A stretch of 64,000 nt of DNA from Camelus ferus. Taxonomy: Eukaryota. The stretch spans positions 53,508,001-53,572,000 of the forward strand of contig NC_045697.1 of NCBI RefSeq assembly GCF_009834535.1. Reading direction: 5' to 3'. Both the position numbers and the translations under genes were made by a program. How positions within the stretch are numbered: the first letter of the stretch is position 1; every line of letters starts with the position of its first letter. The notes beneath the pieces are model-generated. The model saw nothing but the letters and a program-made list of their open reading frames with translations. It made no database searches and was not told the DNA's origin. Positions 29,090 to 41,457 of this stretch are shown in pieces.

Positions 29090-29390
29090 TGGAAATAAAT
29101 ACACAATGCTGTGTTATAATCCTCAAACTTGCTAAGAGATGCGATCTTAACTATTCCCACCACCACCAAGAAATATCAGCTATGTGATGGAGGTGCTAGA
29201 AACCACTACAATGGCAAATAGCTCACAACATGTAAATATATCACCAGGCTCCCCACAAACGTGCGGTGCGTGACAGGTGAGGGGGCGGCCGCCTTTCCGG
29301 CCTCGCCACGCAACATGTAAATATATCAAATTGACATGTACATCTTAAATGTGCAAATGTTATACGTCAAATATATTTCAGCTAAAATAT
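29090..29390 (+). mobile_element. Short L1MA-type 3' end interrupted by an rRNA-derived insertion
   Basis: aaacttgctaagaga...gatcttaa...ctatgtgatggaggtgcta...tacatcttaaat...atgttatacgtcaa. Confidence 0.7.
29244..29310 (-). pseudogene. 28S rRNA 3'-region fragment (67 bp), tailless retro-insertion
   Basis: Reverse complement ...GGCCGGAAAGGCGGCCGCCCCCTCACCTGTCACGCACCGCACGTTTGTGGGGAGCCTGG matches recalled mammalian 28S ...GGCCGGAAAGGCGGCCGCCCCCTCGCCCGTCACGCACCGCACGTTCGTGGGGAACCTGG; perfect 18-bp direct repeat CAACATGTAAATATATCA at 29226-29243 and 29311-29328. Confidence 0.9.
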
Positions 29391-30449
29391 ATAAAGTCAG
29401 ATTTACATGTTCACCTGTCTGACAATTTATCTTTGCTTTAATCTGCCAAAGACGTATGGAAATAATTATTTTTTAACTAATAAGTCAGAGATTATATTGA
29501 GAGCGTTTGAGGTCTTAAGTTGCTTTCTTAACTAACACTTCCACAGTGAAAACATGACTTCTAAAGAAAATTTAGACTGCGTATTGAAAGGAGGAGAAAA
29601 CATGATTTTATTTAATAAACAAACCTCTACCTACCTCACCTATAGTAAATCCATGACTCTGTTTCCTTTCTATTTCTTTCTCTTATAACAATAGCTCATA
29701 ATCAGAGTTATAGGAACATTTTAAGACATATAGAAATATCAACTTCAAAGAAAATAATTATTCTTCAAAAAGCTAATAAATTTTTAAAGTTGTCACCATC
29801 TGTCATATATTTGTCATTTGTCTCCAATAACTGGCTACAGACTGTATCCAAAGTTTTCTTACTTAATTGTTTTTATTACTTGCAACTTATCAAATTGATA
29901 TTTTAGACTAAATTTGTGTGCTTATTGATAATGAATATAATGGGCATACAAGAATATCAATGAAAACTAACAATTTGAGGAACGTCATATAGTTCTTATA
30001 GTTTATAATGTAGCCTATCTGAGCCTTTTTGCTAGATGGGTTCAGAAGACCTGTTTGATCCTTTATTTTTACCTTAAAAATAGAGCTCAGCAACCACCCA
30101 CTTTTCTTCAGCTACTTTTCTTCATAAATCCACTTTCCTTTAACTGTGAAGTTAGGAATAAATTATAGTTTACAAAGAGCATCCTTTCAAGGATTTAGCA
30201 GTTCTAGGAACCAAGACCTGTCTTAACATAGAACTGCTTCCAATTGCATGATTCCCAGTAGAATAGCGCTTCTGATGTTTTTTAGCGAAGCACTGAAAAC
30301 ATTTTCTCAGGTTGGGCTTTGCCCTCTTTAGGTCGGACCAAAATTTCACAATAATAAAAATTGACTGCCAGGGGAGCAGAGGATGTGAACAGATGAACAG
30401 TGCCCAGCAGTAGTGGCATGCTTCTGAGATTCCTTCATAGTGAAGGAAG

Positions 30450-32138
30450 CTTGGTTGTTTGAATTTCAAATTATAATTATGCCTTTACTCACTCTGCTCA
30501 TGAAAAATTTGAGAGAATGACTGGCATATTCTGCTTGTTGCCACTCTCTTCTGGGAGTAAGCCTTTACTCCTTCTTAAGGGATTAATTCTAACTCTGGGG
30601 GTTAGTAACTCTCTTTGGCTGAGACCTGAAGTCATGTTTTCCAGCTTGGCCCCTAACAATAATAATGGTAATAATTTGGCTCTACCTTTACCCATTTGTT
30701 TTATTTCTTAATATTGTACAGAAACTGGGCCAGGAAAATTTGTGTTAGTGGGTCCCTAAAAGACCTGCTTGAGCTTGGTCTGAGAATGTTGAAAAATAAG
30801 TAAAAATTTTTATATAAAACATAGATGAAGAGAATCTGTTGGTGTGGGGAGGGCATTTGGTTCTTCTGTTCCTTAAACTTTAATATAAAGGGAGAGATTT
30901 TTGCCCTTGGTGCTCTATTAAAGATTTCATGGAGCCAGTCTTGACAGCTGCAGCCTTGGTGAGAGGCTTTCTATCAACTATATGGTATAGTGGTCTTGGA
31001 GATAACTTTAGCTTATGTATGATTTAAACTTAGGTGAGTGCTCCTTTTTTAAAGGGGCCTTGGACAGAGGTGGTATAGTCAATCAGAATGGCCTTGGAAA
31101 GAGCCAAGAGAGGATGCAAGGCAAAAGGCAGCCAAATTAGTGGTGTCAGGGAATTCATGGAGGTCTGCAAGATAGAGTTTGCAGATGCTAACAGGACTTC
31201 CTGCTTTGTCTTGATAGAGTCAAAGATTTAATTACAGGCATGGATACGTGACTGCACCCTAAAGACAGGATCTCTAATGCCCTGCAGTAGGACTTGCTTT
31301 TCTACACCTAGGGCTGCTGAAGCAAATGCTCCCTGTAAGCGAAAGAATCCTTAAGACTCTAGTGATTGCTTGGCAGGACAATTTTGGCTGCATCTAAGCT
31401 GCAAAGCAGTTGAGTTCCCTGTGTGTTACAGAAAAGAGATTTTAGCTGAATCTAGACAGCAGTATAACCATAAACCCAAATTTTACTCTGTGCTCAGGGC
31501 CACGGAGGGAGTGGTATAAAGTCTAACTTTGGACCTGTCTGATGCTGAACACACACTCAAGGGATACCCATCTCCCATGACATAACCTCAAATCGGCTAT
31601 TGATTTATTTAACCACAGCTTGCTTAGATGGATTCCCTCGTGTACTGATCTCTCCAATATAGAATCAAAATGAACATCTTCCTGGGAATTTGTCCACAGC
31701 TGATTTTAAGTTCACAGGTCATAGTCTGATGGTTAATTTTATGTGTCAGCTTGGCTAAGCTATAGTGCCCAGTTGTTTGGTCAAATAATAGCTTAGATGG
31801 TGCTGTGAAAATATTTTGTAAGTGTGATTAGCATTTCTAATCAGTTAGCTTTAAGTAAAGGAGATTATCTTTCTAAGAACAAAAAACTAGGTTTTTCTGA
31901 GAAGGAATTCTGCCTCAAGGCTGTAACATAAAAACCTTGCCCAGTATAGCCTGCCAGCAGACAAACTCAGGACTGCAACAACTCTTGCCTGATTTCCAGT
32001 CTGCCAGCCTGCCTTTGGATTTTGGACTTGTCAGCCCCCAAAATCATAGGAGTAAATTTCTCAAAATAAATCTCTTTACACCCACTCACAGTCACTTATA
32101 CCCCTCCATATATATGTATGTTTGTATATATGTGTGCA

Positions 32139-32176
<38 letters not shown>

Positions 32177-33560
32177 CACATATACATATATAGTATTTAT
32201 ATTATTAGTTTTGTTTCTCTAGGGAACCCTGAAGATTCACATGGTATCTGGACATATGAATCCTTATAAACTAAATGGCACCCTGGAAAAGTTAAAACTA
32301 GGAATAATTATTCCTTTCCTCAAATACCATTGAGTTGCTGCTATAATCTTGTCAAATATCAAATATTGAGTTTTATAAGCTCAAGTTTGCCTGGAATAAT
32401 TGCTTTAGGGAGTAGTTTCTTTTCTAAATGTACTGGAAGTGGTGATAGGGTTGTAGTATTTTTTGTATCTTCCTAACTCTTTGCACCTTTTAATGTAGTG
32501 CACATTAGAAAGTTGCCTAAGATTTTCTGAGACCCTGAAGAACCAAGCCTGTTCTAATGAGGAAAAATTTAGGCTGCAACTGCTGAGAGAACTCTTGTCT
32601 CCACAAATTGCTAGGAACCCATCTGGCTATGACTGAGTAGAATTTGAAAAGGAGAGAAGTACTTTGCATTATGGACATTTGTTTCACAAAAGCAGAAAAG
32701 TATTATTTTGGTATTTGGTTTCTTTGGACTTAAAGTTGAAATGGGATTTACTGTTTAACTTTTGACTTACCTTAGGAATTTGATAAAGGAAGTAGGAACA
32801 TAGTCAAATTTGCAACATCTTTATGCTATTGGCATTTACTTATTATAATTTTTGCATTTTATCCTAATTATATTATCTAAATTCACTGCAGAATCTCTGA
32901 TAATCTATTTTAATCCTCATGACAGGACATAATTTGGCTGAGAAATAGAATAGGGAGTACATTGTAGAATGACCTTTGAGTTGTCTTCATTAATGTGTTG
33001 TTTTGAATTATTTCACCAGTTTTTATGGGCAAAACCTAACTACCCACCTGCAGTCCCAGAAGGATAGACTGATATTGGAGGAATGGCCTTGCCAAGTTGG
33101 TACCAAGACAGTCCTGATTAAACTATTGATCCCATTCCTTAAGGGCAATGACCTTATCCCGTATTGATCACAGTTGAATAGTCAAATCCAATGAATAAAG
33201 AGAACAAATATTGAAAGAATATTCATGGGAAAGGTTTCTTCCTGACTGTGTTCCCTTTCTGTGAAAGGAACTCTGCTAATTAACTCAAGTCTCTTCCCTC
33301 TACTTTACAAACTCTAACCCTGGTGAGTTAAGTCTTATAACTTAAGTCCTATATCAGATTGGTAAATGTAGGGGAAATAACTGTGCAGTCTCTGTCTACC
33401 TGCACTTTTCTACCTCCTGACTGTAATTCTGGCCACAAAAAATATTTCGTTCTGTTCCTCCAGGTGTAAACCCCCCTTGTATGGGCATATAGACAGATCC
33501 TAGTTGGGAATTATCTGGAACTAATTTTGTTTTTTCTCAGTTTCTAGCACAGTAAAGTCA
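30450..33560 (-). mobile_element. Highly decayed Ty3/Gypsy-like LTR-retrotransposon internal region (gag-RT-RNaseH-integrase); boundaries approximate
   Basis: Colinear decayed motifs on the minus strand: knuckle-like FCFCETNVHNAKYF (~32656-32697), YLRKGIIIPS (32297-32326), KISFL*HTGNSTALQL/DAAK (31383-31443), CN*IFDSIKTK (31204-31236), ILQT (31162-31173), IVDRKPLT (30958-30981), FILKFKEQKN/NALP (30846-30889), integrase-like AKLLPLLLLGAKLENMTSGLSQRELLTPRVRINPL (ORF 30498-30695). Confidence 0.65.
31725..32239 (+). mobile_element. MLT2 (ERV-L) solo LTR inserted into the Gypsy-like fossil; contains (TA)n
   Basis: tctgatggttaattttatgtgtcagcttgg start, ttttgtttctctagggaaccctga end; 5-bp TSD CATAG/CATGG. 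Confidence 0.85.
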
Positions 33561-35469
33561 CCAACTCAGTATTAACTAAAGGGTTTTGAATACACTCATG
33601 TAAACTGTAAGGCACTACACAATATAAATTGGAGAAATGGATATTATTAACATATTTTGTTCATTCTAGAATGTGAGACAATATTTTTTTTTTTGGTTTT
33701 GTCTTGTTTTGTTAACCTTAGGATAAATATGTTTTCAAATTTTACATTGATAAGGGTGACAAATGAGTGAACAGATTACTTCTTTATTGAAAAGGATTTT
33801 TTTTTAAAAAGATGACATTCCCAAATACTCACAAATTTTTTACAGTAAGTGACCTCCAAGAGATGGTTTATAGGCAGACAGATCTGTAGGTTGTCTAGAT
33901 ATATCTGTAGTGGCAGGAAGGATTTAAATACAACTCTCCAAGTGTGGATCCACACAGCTTACTCAGGAGGGGAAGATAGTCAAAGCACCAAGTGTGGTTC
34001 ACACACAAAGGGCAGCTTCTCATGGGGTGAGGTCATTCCGAGTGCTGCCCTGGGAACTGTCATTCAGATTTCCCTCTGTCCCTGTCATTGAGTTTCACAA
34101 TACAAGGGCAGGTAAAGCTGAGAAAACTCTTCGTGCTTTCACCCCTCAGCATAATGAACATGGAAACTGGCAAGATTTGATAACTTCAGGAATCATGGCT
34201 TTGAGAAGAATCTAAAAGTTACCACATGGACACTGGCAGCAGAGGAGATATGCCTCCCTGAGCTGGGACTGGAGAGAGGAAATCAGGGACCACCACAGGA
34301 GCTGGGACATCACCTGAGACATCCCCTGACCATTTCCAGAAACAATTCTGGAGAAATTTTAGGGCAACTGAAGCTTGTGCAGAGTACGTGAAGTGAAAAC
34401 AGAAAAATATGGTTTCATACTGTGTGTATGACTCTGCTTTTACCTCTATGTGATTGTGACCTAAAATGGGCATAATCTATACCTAGGTTTCATTGTGCTA
34501 TTTTTTTACTTAAATAAAAATGACTGTCAGATTTCAGTGACATGCAAAAGTGGCAAGCCTTTCTTAGTTCATAGAAAATAGAAAGTTATTTTAAACAAAT
34601 TGGTTTTCCTTTTCCTACGTTGAGGATTTTATGTACAAAATGTATGAAGTTGAGTGTCTACTTGTGTTTGAATCCCTGATGCAATCATTTACTTTTGAAA
34701 ATGAGATATTGATTATTGTCTGCAATTAGTGGTAAACCAGAATTGACTTTTGAAGTATCTTGTTAGGCCAGCAGAATTTTCACTGCTGTTACTGGTGCTG
34801 GGCGGTTTCTTTGTTTGATCTTTACTTTTTAAAGAATTTGAATATCTTTAGCCAGGATACATAGTCTCCAGTTCAACATAAGACTGCCTACTGCCTCTTG
34901 CTGACTTATGCATTTATTTGACTTAGCTAATCTCCAAAAAGCGTTTTAGTTTTTTGCTTGTCCAAAAAAGCTTCATCTAGATTCATTTCTAAGATACATG
35001 ACTTCCCTCAAAGCAATATTTTCTGTTTGCACAATTTGGTGCCAGGTTTGATCTTTTATTTGAAGCTGAAATCAATTATTTTGTTAAACCATCCAAAGTC
35101 TTCCCTGTTATCATCTAACACACACCCCTTCCCCCCACCAACACACAGATATAAACAAATAATATTGCAAAACAGCAAGGCACAAAAGTAAAATGAGTTT
35201 AGTCTTTAGATACAAAAAAAAAACCCCAAACCCTCAGAGCATCTGGATGCTCCCAGTTACTAGTTAACATGATATGGCAAATTAGTTAGCATGTCTAATT
35301 TTGTTTCACCATTGCTAAAAAAGATTTCATAATGTTCTTTGGTGAATGAAATAAAATGGTAATGATATAACATATGCAAAATCTCACACACTGGACATGG
35401 AACATCATGTGCAGTACATCAAAAGCATGTAGAAATAGTCATTGCTATGCTAGTAGTATTATCATTGAG

Positions 35470-35725
35470 ACCATCCATTAGAATTGTTAAGATAGCAAGT
35501 TTTGGAGCTAGAGTGCCTGTGCTCAAATCATGGCCATGCCATTTACTGGTAGGGTGATATTTGTCAGGTCACTGCATCTCTCTGCCTCAGTTTCCTCTTC
35601 TGTAAAAATGAGCATAACTATACTTCTTACTCATGGAATTATAGTGAGGGTGAAATTAGTAAACTGGCGTCAAGCTCTTAGAACTACGATTCATACATAG
35701 TAGGGCTCAATAAATGTTAGATATT
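35470..35725 (+). mobile_element. MIR SINE
   Basis: ctctctgcctcagtttcctcttctgtaaaaatg core; tagtagggctcaataaatgttag 3' end. Confidence 0.8.
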
Positions 35726-35908
35726 CTTCACATTAGTGAACTCATTTTCAGAGGAAATTTTATTTCAGAGAACAAATCTGTACTGATCTCTAAACACTAG
35801 ACTGGCAAAAACACATTTAACTCTGAAAGTAACATAATGCCATCTAAAAGCAAACATGAGACAGTATGTCTGAAAACAAGCAAGGCAGGATGGGAGACAT
35901 ACACTCAC

Positions 35909-35909
<1 letters not shown>

Positions 35910-35944
<35 letters not shown>

Positions 35945-35956
35945 TACACACACACA
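35910..35956. repeat. (CA)n microsatellite
   Basis: Direct reading of the sequence. Confidence 0.9.
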
Positions 35957-37259
35957 CGAGCCAGTATATTCCCAAGCTATTAGTCTGTACCATGAAGGAA
36001 GGATCACATTTGAAAACAATATATTATTGAAGTTTTGGTATTGTGTCCTGCATCAATAAATTCTTACTGGATTTTTATGGACAGAATTATATTTTCAGTT
36101 TTTAAATGTAATATATAAGAAGAATTCCAAAATCCTTAACAGATCAAAACACAGGCATGCCTAGAACTGGGAAGCAGTTATGAACTGCCTTAGACAACAC
36201 TTTGTTTTGTAATTGTGTTGATCTGCCCTGTTTAGCTATTACAGGTGTCTTTAGTTCAAGGCATTTGGCCAGTGAAATTTCCAGATAGTGAGAACATTCT
36301 GACATGAGTGATAATGAGATGCTATGTGATATGGTTGCCAAAAAACAACACTATCCAAGCCAACTTTCACACTCTCATGTGGCTCCTGCAAAGAGTACGT
36401 GAAACTCAAAGAAATAAACATGAGCCTAATTTTATGTTTCATGGCTTATTGTAGACAAAACAACTCTTGGATCCTGAAAACCAATAAGACATATTAGATT
36501 TTTGTTTGAAGAGAAAATAATCTTGCTAAGTACAATGTCACTAAAGAGGTATGAATGCTTTTCAAACTGAGTTCATGCATATTTTCTCGCTTTGTCCTGA
36601 TTTTCAAACACCATGCAAAATGATTTACAAAATCATAATACAGTTCAATAAGGGTTCTTTGTAAAAATTCTAAAATGAAAAAAGAGTTTATTCTCTCCTC
36701 TTTCCCTCTCAAATTTCCTTTTCCCCACAATGTTAGTGTACTCTTGACCCTTCCATCTCACTACACATGTTAAAAATAATCCCAATAACTTTACCATATC
36801 TCCTGATAATTTTGAATTTAGAAAAAATGCATGAAACTCTTACAGGCAATAAGTTGGACAATCAGTTTGTTTCTTTGCTTTAAAAAGGCTTATTCAATTT
36901 TTTAAAAATACCTTTTTAAAGAGCTAAGCTTTGGAATTTTAACTAGAGTGTAACAGCTTGAGATAAAATACTATTAGGACCTTCTATCTTGTGAAATTAA
37001 AAAGAACTCTTGAGTACACAGTCAAGTTAGAAAGTCTAAGTGACAAAAATGGGCAGCATGAATTGAGCAGAGGCATTCAGAGCTGGAAACTGATTTCTAA
37101 TTCTGCCTAAGTAGCTATGTAATCACAGAAAACTCACTTCATTGTTCTTCTTCCTTACAATGGAAATAAACACATCTTGTCTAAGTATAATTCTCCTCAA
37201 TCACCAACTCACTTCTGTTGAGAGGAGTGTTAAAAATTGCCAAATACTATTCTTCTGTA

Positions 37260-37580
37260 AATACAGATGCCTGCTGGGAAAAAGCAAAAATGTCTCCAGA
37301 GGAAGGAGATAATGCAGATGTTTAAGGAGATGATTTGCAGGGAGTTGAAAGACTTATTCTAGGAAACTCAGGGCTCCAAGAGAAAGTGTACCAACAAACA
37401 AGGTGGTTGTTACATATTATGTTATGATCTAGCATCAGAAAGTCGGTGTCATTTCTGACGTATTCTTTTAATTAAAGCCATCACAAGCCTACCCATACTC
37501 AAGGGGAGGTGGCAAAGACCTCCTTATATTAAGAAGAATGTTAAAAAATTTATAGCCATGTTGTTTTTAAACCACCAAAA
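37260..37580. mobile_element. MLT1 (MaLR) LTR fragment
   Basis: atgatctagcatcagaaagtc...tcatttctg...tattct...cacaagcctaccca...tcaaggggagg...tttaaaccaccaaa. Confidence 0.55.
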
Positions 37581-39048
37581 TAATGTTAATAATAATTAAA
37601 CACAATTTCATATTGCAGTTGAAATCTTCATTGACTTTTATTTTATTCACTGGAATAAAATATATCATTATGTGTTAATTGTTGCTATTTTTTTCTCTAT
37701 TGATTCTAAATAAAAGCACAGTGGGAAGGGATAGTAATTACTCCCCTATGTTTTCTTTCTAGTATTGAAATCACACAAAACTACACTGTGAACTGTCATA
37801 AGAGAAGAACGTTTGCAGGTGAGAGATGGCTAGCACGCATACTAGCCTTCATAGTAAGAATACCTTTATACGGCCCTCACCTTTGACTCTCAAAAGCACA
37901 AGCAGAGGCTCTGTAAGACAGCTGATTCCTGCTGTCAGTAAAAGACGAACGAAGTCCTGATTAAAAGCATTAGGTGCCTGTGTAGAAATAGGAGCAAGAA
38001 GGTCAACCTCTTGTGACCTAATTAAGAAAAAACAGCAAACAGCTAGAGCATGTCACAAAGTGAAAAGCATCCGTCACTGCTCAGCCTCACTGTCCCCATT
38101 CTCTGCCAGACTGGGCTTTCATGGTGCTACTGTTCCTTACCTTTCACCTGCTCTTCAGCTTAGTCCTCCAGAATTTTTAATCTGATGGTTAGTCTTACTT
38201 TAGTTGGAAGAAATGTATTCCTGGCTATTACTTGCTCATAAGCTTTAGAGAGTCAAAATCTGGCCCTTCTCCGGCTGCACCTGTCTGCATGGGGCAAAGA
38301 GTCTGTGGATCCAGGGAGTCTGTCCCTCCTTCTTGATCATGTTTCGGGGTCCCAAATCCTCGAATCCCCTGCTCCCAGAGCCCTTGCTCACTCCCAGATC
38401 TATGAAGATTTCTTTCCAGGTCCTTCCTCCTCAGGGCAAATCTCCGCTGGAGGCATGTTTACCCCAAGGCATGAAGGATGGTCAAGAGGTGGTTTTTTGT
38501 TTGGAACAAGGGCTGTGAACAGAGCTTGAACTTGTGGCTTAGTTTGTCCAGATACATTTATATGAAGCCCTTTGGGGAGGCAAATGGAGCTAGGTTGGGC
38601 TGTGAGCCAAGGCTTCCATTTGTACCTCGTGTCCTGACCAAGTAGATGTTAGAAGTGGGCCAGTCTAAGCTTGTTTTTTATTTGGTAAAAATAAAAAATA
38701 GTAACTTATAAAATGACTCTCCTTCCTCTTCTCTCTTTACATTGACATGTTAACTTATTTTACTGCCACATGAGTCAGTAGAGATGAAAATGTTAATATA
38801 CTTCCGCCTATGTGTATCATTATTTGTCTGAATAAAAGTTACAGGATGTCCAGTCATCAGCAGGGCACTCACTACTCTTGTTACTCCAAGTGGGAACACT
38901 GAGTACACATTCCATACAGTTATTGTTCACAGCAATTAAGACATATAAGATATTTTGTTTTGTACAATATTTTGTGAAGTTAATTATTTCTAGGAAAAGT
39001 GCTTTGTTTAGGCTGGTTGAGAACTATGGAACAGGTAAAATTAGACAA

Positions 39049-39482
39049 TGTGTTCTGGAGATCTTCATTCTAAGTGAAGTAGGCCAGAAAGAGAAAAAAA
39101 AATACCATATGATATCACTCATATGTGGAGTCTAAAAAAAAAAAAAAAGACAAACTTGTTTACAAGACAGAAACAGACTCACAGACATAGAAAACAATCT
39201 TATGGTTACCAGTGGGGGAAGGGGGTGGGAAGGGATAAACTGGGTGTTCGATTTGTAAATACTAACTAATATATATATATAAGCTAGATAAACAACAAGT
39301 TCATACTGTATAGCACAGGGAACTATATTCAATATCTTGTAGTAACTTATAGTAGAAAAGAATATGAAAATGAATATATGCATGCTCATATATGACTGAA
39401 GCATTATGCTGTACACCAGAAATTGACACAACATTGTAAACTGACTATACTTCAATAAAAGTATCTATATACAAAAAAAAAA
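39049..39482 (+). mobile_element. Young 5'-truncated L1 3' end with poly(A) tail
   Basis: cattctaagtgaagtaggccagaaagagaaa...tactgtatagcacagggaactatattcaa...gacacaacattgtaaactgactatacttcaataaaa then A-tail. Confidence 0.85.
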
Positions 39483-40631
39483 TCAATCACTCACATTAGC
39501 AGAGAGAGGGATATTTAATTATTTTTGCGGTTCCACTGTGTTCTTGTTTTTTGTCTGGGCTTAGACATAATTACAGAGTGATCTTGTTTTGGCTCACTTA
39601 TCCAGTCACAGAGTGATTTCAGCTGATATCAGTGTTCTGTGAAATCTTTTATACTAAATAGAAAACATGGCCAAGGTGATAATGCTAGGCCAGTCGCCAG
39701 CTGACAACTGTCAAAGCTAGTATTTTCCTTCTCAAGATTAACATGCATAATGTGATATCATTTTACCAAAAACATATCATAGACAACAGTATCAATAAAT
39801 AATAGATATGCTATATGTATCCATGTAATATACATATGCACGCACATATACATGCCCATACACATATTCATATTAGAGTGTATGTTGGTATATATGTGTA
39901 GGAGCATAGAAATAGGAAAAATGCACAACAAATGATTAACATTAGGCAGGGGATGGGAGAGTATTAAAAGTCTGAGAAGAAGGGAAGGAAAAGTTTTCAA
40001 ATTTATCACTAAATAACTCTGAAATAACTGAATTATTTTCATTAAACAACTGGTTGTCATGACCATGTTTGTGCAATAGTTGTAAATCTGAATGCAAAAG
40101 CTAATAAAAATTAAAAGACAAAAGAAAAAGACCAATTTTTAGGAACTGGAATTCCTAAAATTATTAAAACTAAATATAAATTTCTTAATCATACATTCTT
40201 AAGGAATAATTTAATTATAACCTGGGACCAGGAATACCCAGTTTTCCAATAAAACCCCAGCGTTGAGAGTGGGGGGAAAGTGGGAAGTAAAAATTCTCAG
40301 GAGCCGAAGTGACTCATGGGCCACTTACCTTTTTATCATCTCACTGGGACATGGAATAGTTTATTAAGGGGGATAAAGCATGGAAAAGTGTAAGCCACAG
40401 ACTCCTCCGTTTAGCTGAGATGGTAGCTACCAGGTAAAGCAGAAATTAAAGTGGAAGGAGTGGAAGGCCAGCGTGCTGCAGAGCAGGGACCGTTGCACTT
40501 ACAGTCAGGAAGCCCCGAGTCTCCTGCCAGTTTTGCTGCTTTCCTCTGTCGTCTGCAGCACGATTTTAGGTGTATCACTTACCATGTCTTAGTTTTAAAC
40601 TTTCCATCAGTACTGAGGAAACTAGAAAAAG

Positions 40632-41457
40632 GGTGTTTGATGTTCCAACAACAAATAATTCTATAATATCAGCTGAAGGCTCTACAATTCAATTCACTCC
40701 TAACACTAATTAAGCTCACAGGGGAAGCACAGAGTTGGCTCAGACCTCATAGGTTAAGGGCTCAGTCCCATAAGACGGCCCCCACTCAGTTGCTAGCCAC
40801 AGATGGGGCCCCCAGGCTACTTGTACTTCAGCCCAGGCAACTATAAATTCAGGGGGGTTCCCACAATGCACACCTTGGTTTCAAAAATTTGCTGGAATGA
40901 CTTACAAAACTCAGGAAAACCCTATATTTAGAACTGCAGTTTTATTCTAAAGTCTACAACTCAGGAACAACCAAATGGAAGAGGCTCATAGGACAAGGAA
41001 TTGAGGGGGTAGGAGTGTGCAGAACTTCTGTGCCCTCTCTGGGCATCCTCTTCCCATTAAGTCAATGTGTTCACCAATCCGGGAAGTTTCCTTAACCCTG
41101 TTGCTTCAGAGTTCTTAATCAAAGTTCTATTACACAGACATGGTTAGTTTAATCATTAGTCATTGGTGACTGAACCCAATCTCTAGTTTCTCTCCCCTCC
41201 CGGGAGGTTGGGGGTGAGACTGAAAAATTCTAACTCTCTAATCTAGTGGCTGGTTTTTCTTCTGCCAACCAGTCCCACAATGAAGCTATCCAGGTGCCCC
41301 CCAAGAGTCACTTCATAAGCATAAACTCAGGTATGGTCAAAAGGATCTCATTAAGAATGACAAGACATTCTTGCCACTCCGGGAATTCCAAGGGTTTTAG
41401 GAGCTCTGTGCCAGGAACCAAAAAAAGTCCAAATATGTATTTTTAAATTATACCACA
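40632..41457. mobile_element. MER21-like LTR
   Basis: tacaattcaattcactcctaacacta...ggttaagggctcagtcccataagac...ggaattccaagggttttaggagctctgtgccaggaacc...attataccaca. Confidence 0.7.

Noticed and set aside
34234..34249. TGGCAGCAGAGGA resembling a tRNA-iMet primer-binding site, in LTR-like sequence ~33850-34550
   Set aside because: It is on the + strand, opposite to the Gypsy-like fossil, and I cannot define LTR boundaries; may be chance or an unrelated old LTR.
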